Source: Pseudomonadota bacterium
GTDB lineage: Bacteria; Bdellovibrionota_G; JALEGL01; DATDPG01
Reading direction: 5' to 3'
Assembly: GCA_043804515.1 (NCBI GenBank)
Contig: JAZDIZ010000017.1
Span: 1 to 38,953, forward strand
DNA length: 38,953 nucleotides
In this document: positions 17,960 to 28,039 of the stretch, piece after piece
How positions within the stretch are numbered: position 1 is the stretch's first letter
Layout: each line of letters opens with the position of its first letter
Made by a program: the position numbers and the translations under genes
The notes under the pieces: model-generated
The model's database searches: none
Told to the model about the DNA's origin: nothing
Seen by the model: only the letters and a program-made list of their open reading frames with translations

Positions 17960-18250
17960 CGGGGGGGTGACTACCTTTCGAAAACGTCAGATTTGTAAGG
18001 CCTGGACATTTCAAACCTTTCCGCCCCTCAAAATGAATTTTCGAGCCAATTTCACCGGGGATCCCGCGCCCCCTACCATTTATATTCTTGGGGGTCTCGG
18101 GATCCCCGCTGATGGCTCTCAAGGTGTGGGGAGAGGGGCGGCCTGGAAATGAAGTCCATTGAACAAGTAAGTAGAAAGGCAGGATGGGCAAGATCTGAAA
18201 AACAACATTGAAGGAGAGATGAAAGGGAGGAGGTGGAGAAAGCTACCGGT

Positions 18251-18688
18251 TTAAAGCAGATTTGGGTGATGCTTGCGAAGCCAGGTTTCGATTTCTTTTC
18301 GAAGTCTCCTGGCCAGTTCGTGCATTTCTTGGGCTTCCTGATCCGAGGTGGATCCGGCCCGTTCATAGGCGCCGATATTCCGTTTCTTTCTGAACTGATC
18401 GAATTCCCGGATCAGTTCAGGTTCCGAATGGGTCGTGTACGCAAGAGACTGGATTGTCCGGTAATGGTGCGCAACCCGGTCGGCCCGGTAGCCTGAGGCG
18501 GCCAGGGCGGCGGTCGCCAACTGAAGAGCCGCGTTGTAAGCGATGTTGAGCTTCCAATCGGAACTCAACCCCGACGTTTCGCAATCGGCCAGGTCGCGGT
18601 CCGCCACATGGAACAGGTCGGTAATCTCCTGCTTGCTCGTTTTGTGCTCTTTAAGCCAGCCGCTCTTGAGCCAGTCGTTTAAGCTCAT
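18251..18688 (-). CDS. HEPN-domain protein (partner of the MNT)
   Basis: ADRDLAD...AYNAALQLATAAL...GYR...HH...FRKKRNIGAY; overlaps the upstream nucleotidyltransferase. Confidence 0.75.
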   Translation of the reverse strand: MSLNDWLKSGWLKEHKTSKQEITDLFHVADRDLADCETSGLSSDWKLNIAYNAALQLATAALAASGYRADRVAHHYRTIQSLAYTTHSEPELIREFDQFRKKRNIGAYERAGSTSDQEAQEMHELARRLRKEIETWLRKHHPNLL

Positions 18689-19271
18689 CCTCTCCGCCTA
18701 CCAGGAAGATTTTCGGTTCCTTGAGGACACTCTGAAGGAAATGGTTCCCGGCCGAAAGCTTTTTCCTGAACTCGGAGACCGGATACACGGTGGGGTTGAT
18801 CTCTCTCCCGAGCGCTTTCTGGGATTTTTCGAGCTTCGCGACGATCTCGGCCAACGTCACGTTGCCGACGACCAGGAGGTCAACGTCGCTCTCCTTCCTG
18901 GGTTCTCCCTTGGCGAAGGAACCGTAGATAAAAGCGACCCGAACCTTGTCCTTCAGCTTCTCGAACTCCTTTCGTAGGAGATCCGCAGCCCCCATCGTTT
19001 TGAGGACCAGGCTTTTCAGGTCCTGGAAGATGGGTGACTGGGGATTCGCCTGATAAAAGACCTCCCGACCCCGCGTGGTTCGTTCCAGGATCCCGGCCTC
19101 GGACAACCGCTTAACTTCGCGTTGGACGGCGCCGAGGCCCGCTCCGATAGCTCGGGCCAGTTCACGTAGATAGAACTTCTCGTCGGGATGGCCGAAAAGG
19201 AACCCCAGCAAGGCTCGCTGCGTCTTGCCGAAAAGGGCTTCCGAGATCGCCTTGTGGTCGATTGACCTCAT
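18651..19271 (-). CDS. HTH-fused minimal nucleotidyltransferase (MNT)
   Basis: YLRELARAIGAGLGAVQREVKRL HTH; FIYGSFAKGE...SDVDLLVVG; LGREINP. Palindrome TGTACTCAAAATGAGAACA upstream. Start could be 19292. Confidence 0.88.
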   Translation of the reverse strand: MRSIDHKAISEALFGKTQRALLGFLFGHPDEKFYLRELARAIGAGLGAVQREVKRLSEAGILERTTRGREVFYQANPQSPIFQDLKSLVLKTMGAADLLRKEFEKLKDKVRVAFIYGSFAKGEPRKESDVDLLVVGNVTLAEIVAKLEKSQKALGREINPTVYPVSEFRKKLSAGNHFLQSVLKEPKIFLVGGEDELKRLAQERLA

Positions 19272-19463
19272 ATTGGGTACGATTGTACTCAAAATGAGAA
19301 CAATTGGAAAGACTGATTTGAGCTATGAAGAGATCGGCATCGAGGTTTCGGATAAGCCATAACTACATGTAATTATTTGTAAATAATGGGATGGTTCGCG
19401 TTTGATCGCTATTTGGGTCGATGGCCGCCATCGTATTACCAGCCACCGGTTGGGAATTTTCTC

Positions 19464-19526
19464 GGGGTCTGTCCCCGCTCCCATGTCGCTCGCCGCCGGT
19501 TGAAAGCTGTCTTGGGGTCTGTCCCC
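19464..19526. repeat. Two GGGGTCTGTCCCC mini-hairpin (REP-like) repeats
   Basis: Copies at 19464..19476 and 19514..19526. Confidence 0.65.
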
Positions 19527-19700
19527 GTCCCCACACCCGTCCCCACGATTCAACGGCGCCCTTTGGTTGCGGCCGAAAAACTCTCGCACGATTTAAGAAT
19601 CTTAGAAAAGCGTGAGCTCCTCGCCCTACGCGAGCAGTTGATTGGCCACTACAAGCGACGCGGACTGCACATCGTTGATTGTTTGTGTTAATGTTTCAGA

Positions 19701-20153
19701 ATGAAACGTTTTTTATTTTTGGCGTGTTTTGCACTCTTCGTGTGCTTTTCCCTCTTTGCCGCAGACAAAGTGGAGAAAACAAAGGCACTACCTTCTCAAA
19801 CTTCAGGAAAGTCTGACAATGCCATGTTTGGGACACCCGAAGCTCTTATGGCCACCTACATTGAAGCCCTTCGAAAGGGAGACAGAGTTCTTGCCAACAA
19901 GTGTTTTGCTGGCGGCGACTTCCAACTTGATGGGCCAGTCAAGATTAAGAAATACAAAATCACAAAAAAGCAGGTATTTGGAAAGAAGGAAGTGGACGAT
20001 TGGAACGAAAAAGGCACTGTTCCTCCCGCCCAGATTGGCGACGTCAACCTTGAGGTAGATCAGGATGGGGAAATGTTTTCGTATTTTCTTCGCCATGTCA
20101 CAAAAGAGAAATGGCAGATTTCTGCACACTACGCTTGGAATGCCCCGGATTAG
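19701..20153 (+). CDS. Secreted hypothetical protein (element cargo)
   Basis: Signal peptide MKRFLFLACFALFVCFSLFA; AT-richer than flanks. Confidence 0.75.
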   Translation: MKRFLFLACFALFVCFSLFAADKVEKTKALPSQTSGKSDNAMFGTPEALMATYIEALRKGDRVLANKCFAGGDFQLDGPVKIKKYKITKKQVFGKKEVDDWNEKGTVPPAQIGDVNLEVDQDGEMFSYFLRHVTKEKWQISAHYAWNAPD

Positions 20154-20203
20154 GTGCAGTAATCAGTTTTCGCGTTGAGATTGGCCTCGTGAGCCCCACC
20201 TCT

Positions 20204-20247
20204 CTTCCCTGCCCCCCTTTCGATCGTCGCTCTGCGGGGCGATAAAC
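20204..20247. repeat. 44-bp hairpin-forming direct repeat, copy 1
   Basis: CTTCCCTGCCCCCCTTTCGATCGTCGCTCTGCGGGGCGATAAAC; 42/44 identical to 21711..21754. Confidence 0.9.
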
Positions 20248-20265
20248 AAGCGCGGCTCAAACGAT

Positions 20266-20529
20266 CTAGCGTGTTTTGGCAAGCCCCTCGATGAGGGACC
20301 AAAGCGCATAGAACGCAATCGCTGTAAGCAGCGTCACGACGATAGCCCCGTAGACGTTGTAATAGGACTTGTCTGCGAAAAATAGTGCTGGAACTTTTTG
20401 AAGCACCGGTCGTAATGGCGCGCCAAGAAACTCGACGAGTGTCAATCTTATGTTGTTATATGGGGGTAGAAGCGCAACGAGAAGAAGACATACGCTGAGC
20501 ACCGTTTTCCAAAGAGTAGGCCTAAACAT
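20266..20529 (-). CDS. Small two-helix membrane protein (cargo)
   Basis: 87 aa with two hydrophobic segments. Confidence 0.55.
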   Translation of the reverse strand: MFRPTLWKTVLSVCLLLVALLPPYNNIRLTLVEFLGAPLRPVLQKVPALFFADKSYYNVYGAIVVTLLTAIAFYALWSLIEGLAKTR

Positions 20530-20556
20530 ACGGAAACCTTATACCGGGGCCCATAG

Positions 20557-20976
20557 CCCCGTCGAGGAACTGACGTTTCCTCTTCGATTGAACCGACCGT
20601 AACCGTTGATGAGTTTCACGACGGGCTCGCGAAAATACGAGTTGGAAACGAGCAAAGCGGAAAATGGGGGTTTATCAATAGAGCTGGCGCAATTGCCATC
20701 AAACCCAAGTTCGCTTGGGCCTACGAATTTCACGAGGGGCTTGCGGCAGCGTATGTCGGGGGTTCGAAAGGTGAAAATGTCGGTTATATCGATCGGGCCG
20801 GGCGATTTGTAGTCGAACCTCAGTACGATTTTACCGTCCGCTTTGACGTCGGGGTAAGTACCGTTCGTTAGGGGAAACGCGAGACCGGCAAATGGGCGTT
20901 TATCGATAAGAACGGGAAGGCTGTAACCAAGCTGCAATTCGACGATCAGACGTTCTGCAGCGCTGACGCCCTCTAG
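20557..20976 (+). pseudogene. WG (KWG)-repeat protein fragment with internal stop
   Basis: Manual translation: EFHDGLAKIRVG...GKWGFINRAGAIAIKPKF...EFHEGLAAA...VGYIDRAGRFVVEPQYD...VR*GKRETGKWAFIDKNGK. TAG at 20869..20871; no start codon. Confidence 0.8.
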
Positions 20977-21094
20977 TCGCGGCTCCCGCAGTTTTAGGTA
21001 ATTTGTTTTTTACCTGAACTCAGAACCCACTGTTCCCCATTCCGGACGAGTACTCCCAGTCAGTGAACGGGTGACGTTAAGGATTTACGTCCCT

Positions 21095-21619
21095 TCATCT
21101 GCGCCAATAGTTGAAACTCTTGGCGATGGGATCGAAATAAATATGAAAAGCATCACACTTGCCGTCATCCAATCTCAGACCCTTCATGCCTCTTTCTGCG
21201 GCTTTTTGAATGATGCCGCTGGCCTCGATAAGTTCCCCGCAATTGTGGTTCTGACTTGAACTCGTGCAACCCCACTCCTCCAACGGTAAAGACGGTTCTT
21301 CCAGCGTGGCGGAGATCTCACGCCCGCAGAACGAATCCGTGCTTTGTTTGCCTACAGAGAACGTCAGTATTTGCCTGACTGCCGCGGCTGTTTGCATCGC
21401 TCGAGATCCAGTGGCGTCTATTTCCACTGAAACAATGCTCGCGGTCGATACGATCCGTGCGGTATCCACTACACCGTCCCCATCAAAATCTGCCCGGAAC
21501 ACTTGCGGGGTCGCGGCGATCTTGGGTGCATAGTCGGCCCCTTCTTTTTCGCCAAGGTTCTTTCCGGCAACACAGCCGAACGCTAGGAGTGCAATTAGTC
21601 CAAGAAGCGACGCTTTCAT
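21095..21619 (-). CDS. Hypothetical lipoprotein (cargo)
   Basis: MKASLLGLIALLAFGC lipobox; DFDGDGVVD Ca-binding-like loop; several Cys. Confidence 0.7.
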   Translation of the reverse strand: MKASLLGLIALLAFGCVAGKNLGEKEGADYAPKIAATPQVFRADFDGDGVVDTARIVSTASIVSVEIDATGSRAMQTAAAVRQILTFSVGKQSTDSFCGREISATLEEPSLPLEEWGCTSSSQNHNCGELIEASGIIQKAAERGMKGLRLDDGKCDAFHIYFDPIAKSFNYWRR

Positions 21620-21710
21620 TCGACCTCTTTCTAGCGAGTCAGGGTAGATCACACGTGTGCCTTACTCAAGGACTCAGGGCAGTTCGAGCAGCGGCAAGCC
21701 CTATTCTTCC

Positions 21711-21754
21711 CTTCCCTGCCCCCCTCCCGATCGTCGCTCTGCGGGGCGATAAAC
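21711..21754. repeat. 44-bp hairpin-forming direct repeat, copy 2
   Basis: CTTCCCTGCCCCCCTCCCGATCGTCGCTCTGCGGGGCGATAAAC. Confidence 0.9.
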
Positions 21755-21802
21755 GATCCGTCTTCAGGGGTCTGTAGACTACCACGGGCCAAGTTCTCAA
21801 CG

Positions 21803-22015
21803 TCATTCCCACGGCGGAGGGCCTAATCGCTCTACAGGGTCACCCAATACAGGGAAGCTGTTTTCTTCCAACCATTTATCCAGTTGAGTGTGGCTGAAGC
21901 GTAGACGGTTGCCCACCTTGATATAGGGGATTCGGCGGGTCCACGCCCAAGATCGAAGGGTCTGAACCTTGACCCCTAACATCTCAGCCACCTCTTCCGG
22001 CTTGAAAAGTTTCAT
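21803..22015 (-). CDS. Excisionase-family HTH protein
   Basis: KPEEVAEMLGVKVQTLRSW...IPYIKVGNRLRF...LDKWL. Confidence 0.85.
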   Translation of the reverse strand: MKLFKPEEVAEMLGVKVQTLRSWAWTRRIPYIKVGNRLRFSHTQLDKWLEENSFPVLGDPVERLGPPPWE

Positions 22016-22161
22016 CGGTGGCTCATTTGTTTACCTGTTGGTGACCTTCCCCCCGAAAACCGGGCTATTTCGCAGCTGCCCCCTTAAGCCGCTTGTCGTT
22101 CCTTCAGGTCAAGCCAGTGGAAGCTGGCCCCGGTGCCTACTCGGCAAGGCGCTCGGAAAAT

Positions 22162-22431
22162 CTAACTTCCGGTCTGCTTTAAAGACTCTTTCCGCAATTT
22201 CTTTAGCTGGCCGCCGCGGCGGTTGATCTCGTCCTCGATGGCCTGGCGGATGAGGGGGCCGTATATCGGGTGGTTCTTTGTGCCTTCCATGATGAGCCGG
22301 CGGATGAAGGCGGCGACGCTCATTTGTTCCATGGCGGCCATTTGCTCGAAGGCCTTTCGCACTCTCACTTCCCGGATCCGAATCAGGGCGACGGGGAGGC
22401 CGGGCTTGGTTCTTGTTCCTTTGCGGCCCAC
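22162..22431 (-). CDS. Ribbon-helix-helix-like regulator
   Basis: ALIRIR...KAFEQMAAMEQMSVAAFIRRLI; directly follows 22434..22637. Confidence 0.55.
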   Translation of the reverse strand: MGRKGTRTKPGLPVALIRIREVRVRKAFEQMAAMEQMSVAAFIRRLIMEGTKNHPIYGPLIRQAIEDEINRRGGQLKKLRKESLKQTGS

Positions 22432-22433
22432 GG

Positions 22434-22637
22434 CTATCTCCTCTCTCCAATGATGCGTTCCGGGCCCTCCAGGAGGTCGTTCAAGAGCACCCAGCGCACA
22501 TAGTCGGTCATATTCTCGAATCCCACCTCCATCATGCGTTGGGACAAGATCTCGTGGAGGGTGGGTTCAACGGGGACGAGCATCCGAATGCTCTGCTTTT
22601 CATCGGCCCACGGCCTAGGCATTCCAAATCGCATCAT
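22434..22637 (-). CDS. Ribbon-helix-helix-like regulator
   Basis: IRMLVPVEPTLHEIL...GFENMTDYVRWVL; AGGAG upstream. Confidence 0.6.
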   Translation of the reverse strand: MMRFGMPRPWADEKQSIRMLVPVEPTLHEILSQRMMEVGFENMTDYVRWVLLNDLLEGPERIIGERR

Positions 22638-22802
22638 CTCTCCTAATACTAAAAAGTTATTTTCTATAACACATTAAAATGATTTGGATAATTGTCCACC
22701 CCCCGTATCGGAGAAATATTGAGAAACAATCGGTTAGATTTTGTTGATTTTATATAACGTGTTTGATACATCCTGAGTGTGGATTGGGATCGGGGGTGCA
22801 AG
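22638..22802. promoter_or_regulatory. AT-rich divergent promoter region of the element
   Basis: Non-coding AT-rich gap between leftward RHH genes and rightward xis-int. Confidence 0.6.
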
Positions 22803-23120
22803 ATGATCGAGACGAAGCCGAATCAATTTCTGAACACGACGTTGAATCCGGAGGGACTTCTGCAGGCGATTGAGATCCTGCGGGCTGTTGTGGGAGCCGC
22901 TGGAGTCGCGGCGCCGGCCAATGGGGGAGACGGAGTTCAGAATGGGAGCCGGAAGCTCTTGACGGCAAAACAGATCGCCGACGCAGCAGGGATCAAAGCT
23001 TCGTGGGTCTACGAAGCCGCGCGCCGAAACGAGGTCCCGTTTGTTTCGTTCGGGAAATACAAGCGATTCGACCTGGATGAGGTTCTGGCGTATCGAAAGA
23101 AAAAGATGGAGAGAGAGTAG
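22803..23120 (+). CDS. Excisionase-like HTH protein
   Basis: LLTAKQIADAAGIKASWVYEAARRNEVPFVSFGKYKRFDLDEV; 7 bp upstream of the integrase. Confidence 0.82.
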   Translation: MIETKPNQFLNTTLNPEGLLQAIEILRAVVGAAGVAAPANGGDGVQNGSRKLLTAKQIADAAGIKASWVYEAARRNEVPFVSFGKYKRFDLDEVLAYRKKKMERE

Positions 23121-23127
23121 GGTCCCG

Positions 23128-24362
<1,235 letters not shown>

Positions 24363-24495
24363 ACCCGTTGGAAGCGTCTTTCATAGCAGTTTTGGAAGAA
24401 TCGTAAACTGTTCGCTAACTGGGGCGGAATGCGGGCGCTCTCGCGCCTCGCCGTTCCTGCAAACGATCGCTGAAAATCCTCGCTCCGGCGGCCTA

Positions 24496-25695
24496 TCAAA
24501 TCGCCAGCTTCGCTCCCAGGCTCACCATCTGAACGAAAGCGTTATAGTACCCCGGGGCCAGGTTCGTCGCCGTGACCGGGATCGTGCGTGATCCGAACCG
24601 GGCGTTCCAAGTTCCTTCAAGCGTCAGAGCTTTCACCTTGAACGCGAGACCGAACGAAACCTCGTGGGCCGCAATGTCGCCGACGATCCGGTTCATCATG
24701 TCGTCGGGAATCGAGTCGTTGAGGTCTTTAGCCCAGCCGGCCCTCATTGCGAACGCGGGCATCGCCCAGAATTCCGCGCCGACGTGAATCGTGTGGGAGT
24801 CACTGTAATTTTCGTCCAGAGGAATCGTTCCCACGCCTGCAAGCGCGACGTTCAACGTTTTGATCTCCGAATTGGCTTCAAAGTCGTAGCTTAAGCCCAG
24901 CGTGAGGTTCTCCATCGGCTTGAAACCGAATCCTGCGGTGACCAGCATCGGCAAGGGCTCCTCGAAGGAGGCCGCCAATGTCCCCAAACCCGTGAACTTC
25001 GCGTCGCCATCCAGGGCGGGCGTCACCTTGGAGCGCCAGTTCACGCCGAAAGAAAGCCAATCCATGGGTTTATAAAGGACGCCGAACGAGCCGCCCACGC
25101 CCCAACCGGTCACGGTCAGATTCTCAAGCGTATCCACCTGGGCTCCCACCTGGAACAACGCGTTCTTGAGCGTGGAAGAGAGACGCACGATCCGAAGAGA
25201 GCCTCCGACGCTCAGGCCTTTCATCAGCTCGAAGGCGACCGCAGGGTCGATCTCCATGGAGTAGATGCGGCCTTCGGTCGGGTTCGTGAGGATGGCCGAG
25301 GCGGCGGAGAACTTGCCCCCGTTCCCGTGCGGGAAGAAAACGCCGAGGCCCCAATAAAAGGGCTTGAAACCGGCCGACACATAACCGAACTGAGGCACCG
25401 GTAGGAATTCGCGTTTCGCATTCTCGACAACTCCGGTGGTCGGCGGCGTGTATTCCTCGTTCGTGATGAGCGAATCCATTCCGACCTCGACAGTGTGCCC
25501 TGTGAGCTGCGTCATGCCCGCGGTGTTGTGGTAGATCGCCGTCGGGTCGTCCGCGATTCCGACGAATGCTCCGCCCATGCCGATCGCCTTGGGCCCCACC
25601 TGTACCGGCTTGGAGAGCGCGCTCGCGAGCGCGGACCCCGAAGTCAGAAGAAACAGAACCACTAAACCGACCGAAAGAGTCTTTTTCATCGCCAT
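24496..25695 (-). CDS. FadL/TodX-family outer-membrane transporter
   Basis: Signal peptide, GPKAIGMGGAFVGIADDPTAIYHNTAGM hatch motif, amphipathic beta strands. Confidence 0.85.
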   Translation of the reverse strand: MAMKKTLSVGLVVLFLLTSGSALASALSKPVQVGPKAIGMGGAFVGIADDPTAIYHNTAGMTQLTGHTVEVGMDSLITNEEYTPPTTGVVENAKREFLPVPQFGYVSAGFKPFYWGLGVFFPHGNGGKFSAASAILTNPTEGRIYSMEIDPAVAFELMKGLSVGGSLRIVRLSSTLKNALFQVGAQVDTLENLTVTGWGVGGSFGVLYKPMDWLSFGVNWRSKVTPALDGDAKFTGLGTLAASFEEPLPMLVTAGFGFKPMENLTLGLSYDFEANSEIKTLNVALAGVGTIPLDENYSDSHTIHVGAEFWAMPAFAMRAGWAKDLNDSIPDDMMNRIVGDIAAHEVSFGLAFKVKALTLEGTWNARFGSRTIPVTATNLAPGYYNAFVQMVSLGAKLAI

Positions 25696-25794
25696 TTTCT
25701 CCCCAGAAAAAGAAATGATGACTGCACTTGAGGGGTCCCACAAGTTTTTCGTCACAAAAGCACCCCGGTGGTATCTTCACCGCCGTTGACGGCC

Positions 25795-26448
25795 ATGCTG
25801 AAAGTTTGGCGAAAAGCGATACTGATGACGGCGGTGATCGTCCTGGGGCCTGGGATTTTTGTGCCGGCGCTTTGGCGGGATTGGCGGATCTGGTGGCTGT
25901 TCGCGTGCGCTGCAGTTTTGGTCGGGTCGCAGCCGAACATCCAGTATTCAAAGCTCGGCAGCGACGTTAAGGCCGTGCGGGACCGGGGGTCGATCCGCCT
26001 CATTATCATCGCGGGATATCTGAGCATCCTTCTCCCTCTCGGGAAGTTTATTTTGGCCGTTCACAACCACGAAGCATTGCGGGCACGAAGCACGGCAGCC
26101 GCCGCGGCCATCGTGGGTTCATTGGCTCTGATTCTCCGCGTCTATTCGATCCGCGTTCTAGGGAAATTCTTCACGTCCCACGTCGTGATTCAGGAAGACC
26201 ATCAGCTTTGCGAGGCCGGACCGTACCGATACGTGCGGCACCCAAGCTATTCAGGGTCGATGTTGTTCTTTTTGATGGTGCCGGTGGTCTTCGGCTATCC
26301 GCTCTGGTTCTTTCTCTATGCGGTGGCCTGGCTTTTGACGTATCGCCGGCGGATTGCAGCCGAGGAAGAAGCGTTAACCGAACACTTCGGCGAGAAGTAC
26401 GTCCAGTACAAGGCTCGGACGAAAGCCCTCATCCCCTGGGTTTTTTAG
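25795..26448 (+). CDS. Isoprenylcysteine carboxyl methyltransferase (ICMT/PEMT) family membrane protein
   Basis: LGKFFT...HQL...GPYRYVRHPSYSG...RRIAAEEEAL..HFGEKY..YK..T..LIP. Confidence 0.88.
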   Translation: MLKVWRKAILMTAVIVLGPGIFVPALWRDWRIWWLFACAAVLVGSQPNIQYSKLGSDVKAVRDRGSIRLIIIAGYLSILLPLGKFILAVHNHEALRARSTAAAAAIVGSLALILRVYSIRVLGKFFTSHVVIQEDHQLCEAGPYRYVRHPSYSGSMLFFLMVPVVFGYPLWFFLYAVAWLLTYRRRIAAEEEALTEHFGEKYVQYKARTKALIPWVF

Positions 26449-27181
26449 AGCGGAACAAAGCCCGAAACGCCCCCATCCCGAACGTCAGGCTGAAATGCCA
26501 GTTGCGCGCCAGTTGGAAATCGGCCGCTTTGGCGCGGGCCTTGCGGTGCCAGCCGGGTTCGATCCTAAAGAACGGCTCGTTTTTCTTGAAACGCCGGTCG
26601 TGGAGTCGGCCCGCCGCCTTGTGAAAACGCATGTCACCCGTGAGCGCGGCGGTCACGTCCAGGAAAAAGCCCAACGCTTTTCCTTCGCCGACGTAGCGGC
26701 CGTGCCGCTCGAGTTGGCGAAAATCCAATCGCTCGCTGTGGCGGGCCAGGAGGAAGGGGAAGGCCCGCGCCAGGTCCTCGCGCTTGTGACACAGGGGGAG
26801 AGCGCGTGAAAGCACTTCTTCCAGCGGAAGTCCGAACAGCGGTTCTCCCTCCACATCCAGCGGCGCTCCAAGCGCTTTGACGTGGAGGAGGATCTGCTGT
26901 TCCCCCGGCGCGAGTTGCTCCGCGCGTCCCTCGGCGAAGAAGAGATCCTTGAGAACCGTGGTTCTGGGATGGTTCAGGTTGGCCCGGTAGACCCAGGCGT
27001 TCCCGCGCCGCTCCCGGGCGGCCAAATCCACCTTTTCCATCTCCTTGAGCTCGAACTGGGCCCGGGCGTACGGAACCTCAGCGAGGCGGGCCAGCGCGCG
27101 GACGGAACCGATCCCGCCATCATGCCAAAGAAGGGTTAAGAGACGTCGGCGGGAGGCTGGCTGTACAAGGTATCGAATCAC
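26429..27181 (-). CDS. Hypothetical protein with N-terminal winged HTH (antitoxin-like)
   Basis: SVRALARLAEVPYARAQFELKEM...GNAWVYRAN resembles the HTH of the MNT at 18651; helical C-terminus. Confidence 0.6.
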   Translation of the reverse strand: MIRYLVQPASRRRLLTLLWHDGGIGSVRALARLAEVPYARAQFELKEMEKVDLAARERRGNAWVYRANLNHPRTTVLKDLFFAEGRAEQLAPGEQQILLHVKALGAPLDVEGEPLFGLPLEEVLSRALPLCHKREDLARAFPFLLARHSERLDFRQLERHGRYVGEGKALGFFLDVTAALTGDMRFHKAAGRLHDRRFKKNEPFFRIEPGWHRKARAKAADFQLARNWHFSLTFGMGAFRALFRSKKPRG

Positions 27182-27440
27182 GGAACCGGCTCCAGCACTG
27201 CAATTATTATATTATCACAAATCAAGATAATAGGCCGTGACAGCGTTGCCACGATCTTGATGGGCTGAGAGGTGGGTCCCCGCCGCCGCAGGGTTTTGGA
27301 CCGGCAGAAACGCGGGCCCTGAGGGCCAAAAGCACTTTAAATATTAAGGACTTAGAAAGGCCCCGCCTTGGATAGGGATGTTATGTAACTGGCGGCGGGG
27401 AGGCGGCCTCCGTCCCCAAAAAAACCATGTTGCCTTAAAG

Positions 27441-27824
27441 TTAAGGATCTCGGCGCGTCGAGACGGCGGCGCGCAACAGAGGAATCTCTTCCTCGATCTT
27501 CACAATACGGGTTTCGTGGTTTTCGAGCTTTTCCGAGTGAGGCTCCAGCATTTCGACGATCAGCTTCAACGTACCTTGGGTTTCTTCGTGCAGAACACCG
27601 GCGTAGGATTTCACGTCCGAGATCTTTTGCTCCAGCGAAGAGAGCCGAATCTTCGTCTCCTCCTGAAAATTCCTTGTCTCCTTCTGGAAATTCGTCATCT
27701 TCTCTTGAAAGCCCCTCGACTCTTTTTGAAATTCATCCAGGCGCTTTTCAACACGCTTCAGCCCGACCCCGGTGGGGGAACTCGGGGTGGCTTCCGTGGA
27801 TTTCTTGGAGGACACCTTCTTCAT
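27441..27824 (-). CDS. Coiled-coil hypothetical protein
   Basis: Heptad repeats FQKESRG FQEKMTN FQKETRN FQEETKI; LENHETRIVKIE. Confidence 0.65.
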   Translation of the reverse strand: MKKVSSKKSTEATPSSPTGVGLKRVEKRLDEFQKESRGFQEKMTNFQKETRNFQEETKIRLSSLEQKISDVKSYAGVLHEETQGTLKLIVEMLEPHSEKLENHETRIVKIEEEIPLLRAAVSTRRDP

Positions 27825-28039
27825 CCGAGTCCGTATACCACATCGCCGCCACCGTCCGGGAGCCAAATGGGGGAAGATAAGGACGGGGGACTGCGGTGCC
27901 CCTGCCGCGGAAGATTCTCCACAGGCTGGAAGCTTTAGACATTCTCATCGTCTCAGAATTATTCAATAAATTCATATGGTTCTGTGGAGGACGGAGGCGT
28001 ATAATCTGGCACGTTTCGTGGTGAGTTAAGACCTTTAGG

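Noticed and set aside
20204..21754. Integron attC array
   Set aside because: The repeats lack RYYYAAC/GTTRRRY ends, gene orientation is mixed, and the integrase is phage-type rather than IntI-like.
27340..27420. Possible tRNA-end scar (TGGCGG...) marking another island boundary
   Set aside because: No T-loop motif follows and no matching repeat was found in the window.
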